DNA from: Dehalococcoidia bacterium
GTDB lineage: Bacteria; Chloroflexota; Dehalococcoidia; Lucifugimonadales; UBA3495
Assembly (NCBI GenBank): GCA_034422655.1
Contig: DAOUJN010000005.1
Location: forward strand, 1,781-65,780
DNA: 64,000 nt
Direction: 5' to 3'
The notes under the pieces were generated by a model. That model worked only from the letters and a program-made list of their open reading frames with translations. It was not told the origin of the DNA and ran no database searches. This document shows, piece by piece, positions 60,233 to 64,000 of this stretch; the stretch's first letter is position 1; each line of letters opens with the position of its first letter. A program made the translations under genes and the position numbers.

Positions 60233-61012
60233 ATGCCTGAAGTAACCGGCCACGCCCCCGGCAATTTCTGCTGGGTTGACCTGTCCACCACGGACGCCGA
60301 AGCCTCGAAGAGCTTCTATTCCCGCCTGTTGGGGTGGACCTCCATAGACAATCCGGTGGGGAACGGAATGGTCTATTCCATGGTACAGAAGGACGGCAAG
60401 AACGTATGCGGTCTGTACGAGATGGGCCCTGGCATGGAGGGTGTCCCGCCCCATTGGAGCAGCTACATTTCGGTAGAGGACGTGGATGCCCAGGTTGCCC
60501 GGGCGACCGAGGCCGGGGGCACCGTGATTATGGGACCGGACGACGTGTTCGATGCCGGGCGCATGGCCTTCATGGCCGACCCCACCGGCGCCGTCTTTGG
60601 CATGTGGCAACCGAAGGAGCACATCGGTGCCCAGCTCATTTACGCCCCCGGTTCCCTGGGCTGGAACGAACTCTACACCTACGACACCGAGGCCGCCGCC
60701 GGCTTCTATGCCAATGTCTTTGGCTGGAACCGCGCCGTCACTCACCCGGACCCGCAAGGCGGCCAGTACAACGAGTTCACCAACGGCGAAAACCCGGTGG
60801 GCGGGATGATGCAGATAAAGCCCGAATGGGGCGAAGTGCCGCCCAACTGGTCTGTCTACTTCTGCGTAGAAGACTGCGCCGCCAGCCTGGAACTGGCCGA
60901 GAGCATGGGCGCCGAGGTAATTGTCCCCCTAACCCACATGGACAACATCCGGTTCGCCTTCCTGAAAGACCCGCAGGAAGTTTACTTCGGCATTGCCCAG
61001 GTTGTGGGGTAG
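60233..61012 (+). CDS. two-domain VOC/glyoxalase-family protein
   Basis: MPEVTGHAPGNFCWVDLSTTDAEASKSFYSRLLGW... and a second repeat ...LGWNELYTYDTEAAAGFYANVFGW... ATG follows AAGGGAG. Confidence 0.8.
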   Translation: MPEVTGHAPGNFCWVDLSTTDAEASKSFYSRLLGWTSIDNPVGNGMVYSMVQKDGKNVCGLYEMGPGMEGVPPHWSSYISVEDVDAQVARATEAGGTVIMGPDDVFDAGRMAFMADPTGAVFGMWQPKEHIGAQLIYAPGSLGWNELYTYDTEAAAGFYANVFGWNRAVTHPDPQGGQYNEFTNGENPVGGMMQIKPEWGEVPPNWSVYFCVEDCAASLELAESMGAEVIVPLTHMDNIRFAFLKDPQEVYFGIAQVVG

Positions 61013-61031
61013 GGGGTGGCACGGTTGCCTT

Positions 61032-61060
61032 CCTGTATTCCGGCTTTCGCCGGAAAGACG
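61032..61060. repeat. family C unit (single)
   Basis: CCTGTATTCCGGCTTTCGCCGGAAAGACG. Confidence 0.7.
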
Positions 61061-61220
61061 GCTCTGGGGCCAGTCTGTTCCCCCTGAGACTGAACAGTTG
61101 CCCAAACTGTTGACAATTGAAGGGTAGCCAGATAAGTTAGAAAGGTAACGAAAGGGTCGGCGAAAAGAGCCCCGGGGCTCTTCTGGAGAACATTTCCGGA
61201 TAGTCGGCCCATTTTCTATT

Positions 61221-61874
61221 TCAGTAATAGACCGTACTTTGTGGGGCGAGTAGGTCGTACTCCGACCTTATCTTTGGCCGGAGCAGGTCATACGAACGAA
61301 AGTCTCCTCTTTCCCACTTCCGCTGAATTGCCCAGCAGCAATAGTCGGCTGCTTGCAAGCAAGGTTCTACGGCCGCTGGCCACATGTCTACTCGGATGCT
61401 GCCGGTCGGCGATGTCTGATGAATTACTTCCTGCACCGCGTAATGAAAGTTCATGAATTTTCTCTTGGTACCTATCGATGATGCTATGACCATTAGTTCG
61501 TCGGGAGCGGTTACAACGCGGCGTGCGATATGGTTCATGTGGTAAAACCAGGCGTACCTGTAAAAGGCCTCCTCTTCATGGGCTACGCGTGGCAGCACTT
61601 TTCGCTTTTCAAATATCGTTGCGTCCACTCGAAAATCGTGCCGGGACAGCAGTTCGAATACCCTATCTCGCACTACCTGCTGGTCAGTAGTAGCGTGAAA
61701 CGGTCCTGGCAAATTGTGGTTCTCCCACACCAACTCCCGCCTTAAATCGAGCAGGTCACTCTCAATTTGATGGTTGTCAATCAGTACGGTGGTCAGTATA
61801 AAGTACCGGGATGCACCAGGCTTGTTGCTGAAATCAAAATTACCTGCTTCATCCGCATATATGTACTTCCGCAT
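61221..61874 (-). CDS. DUF3800-domain protein
   Basis: MRKYIYADEAGNFDFS... is the N-terminal DE motif. ...LQAADYCCWAIQRK... is the C-terminal motif typical of DUF3800. GC is visibly lower than the surroundings. Confidence 0.7.
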   Translation of the reverse strand: MRKYIYADEAGNFDFSNKPGASRYFILTTVLIDNHQIESDLLDLRRELVWENHNLPGPFHATTDQQVVRDRVFELLSRHDFRVDATIFEKRKVLPRVAHEEEAFYRYAWFYHMNHIARRVVTAPDELMVIASSIGTKRKFMNFHYAVQEVIHQTSPTGSIRVDMWPAAVEPCLQAADYCCWAIQRKWERGDFRSYDLLRPKIRSEYDLLAPQSTVYY

Positions 61875-61960
61875 TCGCCTATCTTACACCAAAGCCCTTG
61901 TCCGTCCGTCCCCCATCATCACTTCCCCAAATGTTAATCCCAATTTAATATCAAAACCTG

Positions 61961-61989
61961 TTGACAACCCCTCCGGGGGCCGTTACAAT
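61961..61989 (+). promoter_or_regulatory. near-consensus sigma70 promoter
   Basis: TTGACA-17 nt-TACAAT. Confidence 0.65.
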
Positions 61990-62087
61990 TCCTGACAATG
62001 CTAGTCAACAATATCTGCATTTGCACCTGTACCTGTCCGCCCCCATAGGGAGCGGGTAAGTCTTTACGTCCTACAGACATCCCAGCG

Positions 62088-62125
62088 CCCACCAAGCCTC
62101 TCGCCGTTTGGTGGGTTTGTTTTTT
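62088..62125 (+). terminator. intrinsic terminator
   Basis: CCCACCAA-12 nt loop-TTGGTGGG followed by TTTGTTTTTT. Confidence 0.7.
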
Positions 62126-62201
62126 GCCCTGGCCGCGGCCAGCGCAACCGGTGAATCGGAACTAGTTCAGCCATATAAGTCAGGCATCGCAGGAGGCCAC
62201 A

Positions 62202-64000
62202 GTGACTACCAGGACGCAGCAGTCCCAGGAGGAAATCTACCAGGAGAGCCTTGAATCGGCCGCCACCGCGCCGGGAGTCGTTCCCTTCCTGGAGAGCGAG
62301 GTGCAGCGGTTTGAGGCGGAATCGGCCCGCTACCAGTCCGGCGAACAGGACAACCTGGAATTTACCCCCTTCCGCCTTCGCCAGGGCGTGTACGGCCAGC
62401 GCCAGGCCGACGTGCAGATGATCCGCGTCAAAATCCCCGGCGGCATTCTCACCGCCGATGCCCTGGATGTCCTCGGCGACATCGCCGAGCGGCACGCGCC
62501 CCTGGGCAAGGGCCACATTACCACCCGGGAAAACATCCAGTTCCACCATATTCCCCTGCCCGAGTGTCCCGACGTCCTGCGCTTGCTGGGTACGGTGGGC
62601 CTGACCAGCCGCGAGGCCTGCGGCAACACCGTCCGCAACGTGGTGGGTTCCCCCACCGCCGGCGTGGACGCCGACGAAATTTTCGACCCCACCCCTTACC
62701 TCACCGGCTACGTGCGGTTCGGGGTGCGCCATCCCATCACCCAGTCCTTCCCCCGCAAGTTCAAGTCCGCCTTCACCGGCATCGACAGCCGCGATACTGT
62801 GGCCGCGGCTATCCAGGACCTGACCTACGTTTCCCAGGTAAGGGTTGAGGACGGCGTGGAGCAGCGGGGATTCAAGGTTTACGTGGGCGGCGGCACCTCC
62901 ATCATGCCCCGCCTGGCCAAACCCCTGTACGAGTTCCTGCCCGAGAAGGACTACCTGCGCCTGGCCCTGGCCGTCTGGACCGTGTTCGACAAGGCCGATT
63001 CCCTGCGCAAGAACCGCATGATGGCCCGCCTCAAGGTCCTGATCGACCGCATCGGCCTGGACGAGTTCCGCAACCTGGTCGAGGCGGAACTGGCCGAGAT
63101 TGGGCCCATAGACCCCAACGATTACATCGCCAACGAGGAGATTTACCGGGAGAACCCGCCGGCCCTGCCGTCCGTCTCATCCAACGGCTCCGGCAACGGC
63201 AGCGGCGAATACAATTACTGGCTGGAGACCAACGTGGTGGCCCAGAAGCAGGCGGGCTACAACATCGTCTACGTCAAGCCCGTCCGGGGCGACCTGACTC
63301 CCGACCAGTTCCGGGGCCTGGCCGACGTCCTGCGCCGCTACACCGGCGGCCGCTCCAACGCCACCCAGGAGCAAAACCTGGCCCTCCGCTGGGTTCCCGA
63401 CGGCTACCTGCACGAAGTCTGGGAGGCCCTGGGCGCCATTGGGCTGAACGAACCGGGCGCTCACCACATCAGCAACGTTGTATCCTGCCCCGGCACCGAC
63501 AGCTGCAAGCTGGGCATCACTTCCTCAATGGGTCTCGCCAGGGCCATCCGCGATGAACTGGGCACCTGGAACGGCCTGATGGAGGACGACGGCGTCAAGA
63601 AGATTCGCATCAAGATGAGCGGCTGTCCCAACGGCTGCGGTCTGCACCACATCGCCAACATCGGCTTCCACGGCGCCGCCATCAAGGGACCCGACGGCAG
63701 CCAGATTCCGGCCTACGAAATGTTCCTGGGCGGCAACTATGGCGACAACCGCGTCGAGGACTCCCGCATCGGGACCCGCATCCCCAAGGTCAAGGTTCCG
63801 GCCAAGCTGGCGCCGCGCATGGTCCGTGAGATTGCCTCCTACTACAAGGACAACCGCCAGGACGGCGAAGCCTTCAACAGCTTCCTCGACCGGGTTGGCG
63901 TGGAGGAACTGACCGCCGTGGCCGCCGCCATCCAGGAATCGGCCACCAGCGGGGAGGTCGGCGGCGACCTGTACGTGGACTGGGAACGCACCAACAACTA
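62202..64000 (+). CDS. ferredoxin-type sulfite/nitrite reductase (siroheme, 4Fe-4S), 3' end beyond the window
   Basis: GTG at 62202 follows AGGAGG. ...FRLRQGVYGQRQADVQMIRVKIPGG...TTRENIQFHH...TSREACGNTVRNV... and the cluster motifs SCPGTDSCKLGI / SGCPNGCGLHH. The ORF is open to position 64000, so it is absent from the ORF track. Confidence 0.9.
   Translation, partial: MTTRTQQSQEEIYQESLESAATAPGVVPFLESEVQRFEAESARYQSGEQDNLEFTPFRLRQGVYGQRQADVQMIRVKIPGGILTADALDVLGDIAERHAPLGKGHITTRENIQFHHIPLPECPDVLRLLGTVGLTSREACGNTVRNVVGSPTAGVDADEIFDPTPYLTGYVRFGVRHPITQSFPRKFKSAFTGIDSRDTVAAAIQDLTYVSQVRVEDGVEQRGFKVYVGGGTSIMPRLAKPLYEFLPEKDYLRLALAVWTVFDKADSLRKNRMMARLKVLIDRIGLDEFRNLVEAELAEIGPIDPNDYIANEEIYRENPPALPSVSSNGSGNGSGEYNYWLETNVVAQKQAGYNIVYVKPVRGDLTPDQFRGLADVLRRYTGGRSNATQEQNLALRWVPDGYLHEVWEALGAIGLNEPGAHHISNVVSCPGTDSCKLGITSSMGLARAIRDELGTWNGLMEDDGVKKIRIKMSGCPNGCGLHHIANIGFHGAAIKGPDGSQIPAYEMFLGGNYGDNRVEDSRIGTRIPKVKVPAKLAPRMVREIASYYKDNRQDGEAFNSFLDRVGVEELTAVAAAIQESATSGEVGGDLYVDWERTNN

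Overview
High-GC (over 60% by eye) bacterial chromosomal window, gene-dense and mostly housekeeping. It contains dnaA followed by a DnaA-box cluster, which is a candidate oriC lying between dnaA and obg, with no dnaN in between. Recognisable core genes are ggt, folD, queA, tRNA-Ser(GCU), obg, nadD, pyrE, rpmE, rpmA-rplU, ilvD, a malic enzyme, TldD/PmbA and a partial ferredoxin-type sulfite/nitrite reductase. There are also many redox and catabolic enzymes: two TPP enzymes, a GMC oxidoreductase, a MaoC hotdog protein, an F420-type PPOX, an LLM oxidoreductase and VOC proteins. This enzyme mix suggests a Chloroflexota/SAR202-like organism, but that is a weak inference.

Non-routine content:
(1) A complete group II intron (GTGCG 5' end, RT/maturase/HNH ORF, canonical domain V) splits radC inside its HNHPSG motif.
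(2) A six-gene phage head-tail module at 33.6-39.7 kb (prohead protease, HK97 capsid, adaptor, tail-terminator-like, tube-like, Dit-like). It has no terminase, portal, tape measure, lysis genes or integrase, and every intergenic spacer holds a repeat also found elsewhere in the window.
(3) At least five families of short interspersed palindromic repeats. The main one has 9 copies built from 10-bp-phased CACGAAT units, and several copy ends are one-mismatch DnaA boxes.
(4) Two hicAB modules flank ilvD.
(5) A run of three zinc-ribbon membrane proteins (RDD, RDD, PrsW).
(6) A pentapeptide-repeat protein with a degenerate TIR-like tail, translationally coupled to an MFS transporter.
(7) A lower-GC DUF3800 islet and a promoter-to-terminator unit of about 130 nt upstream of the sulfite reductase gene.

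No CRISPR array and no rRNA were seen. All calls rest on reading the translations and sequence by eye; no database search or RNA folding was possible.
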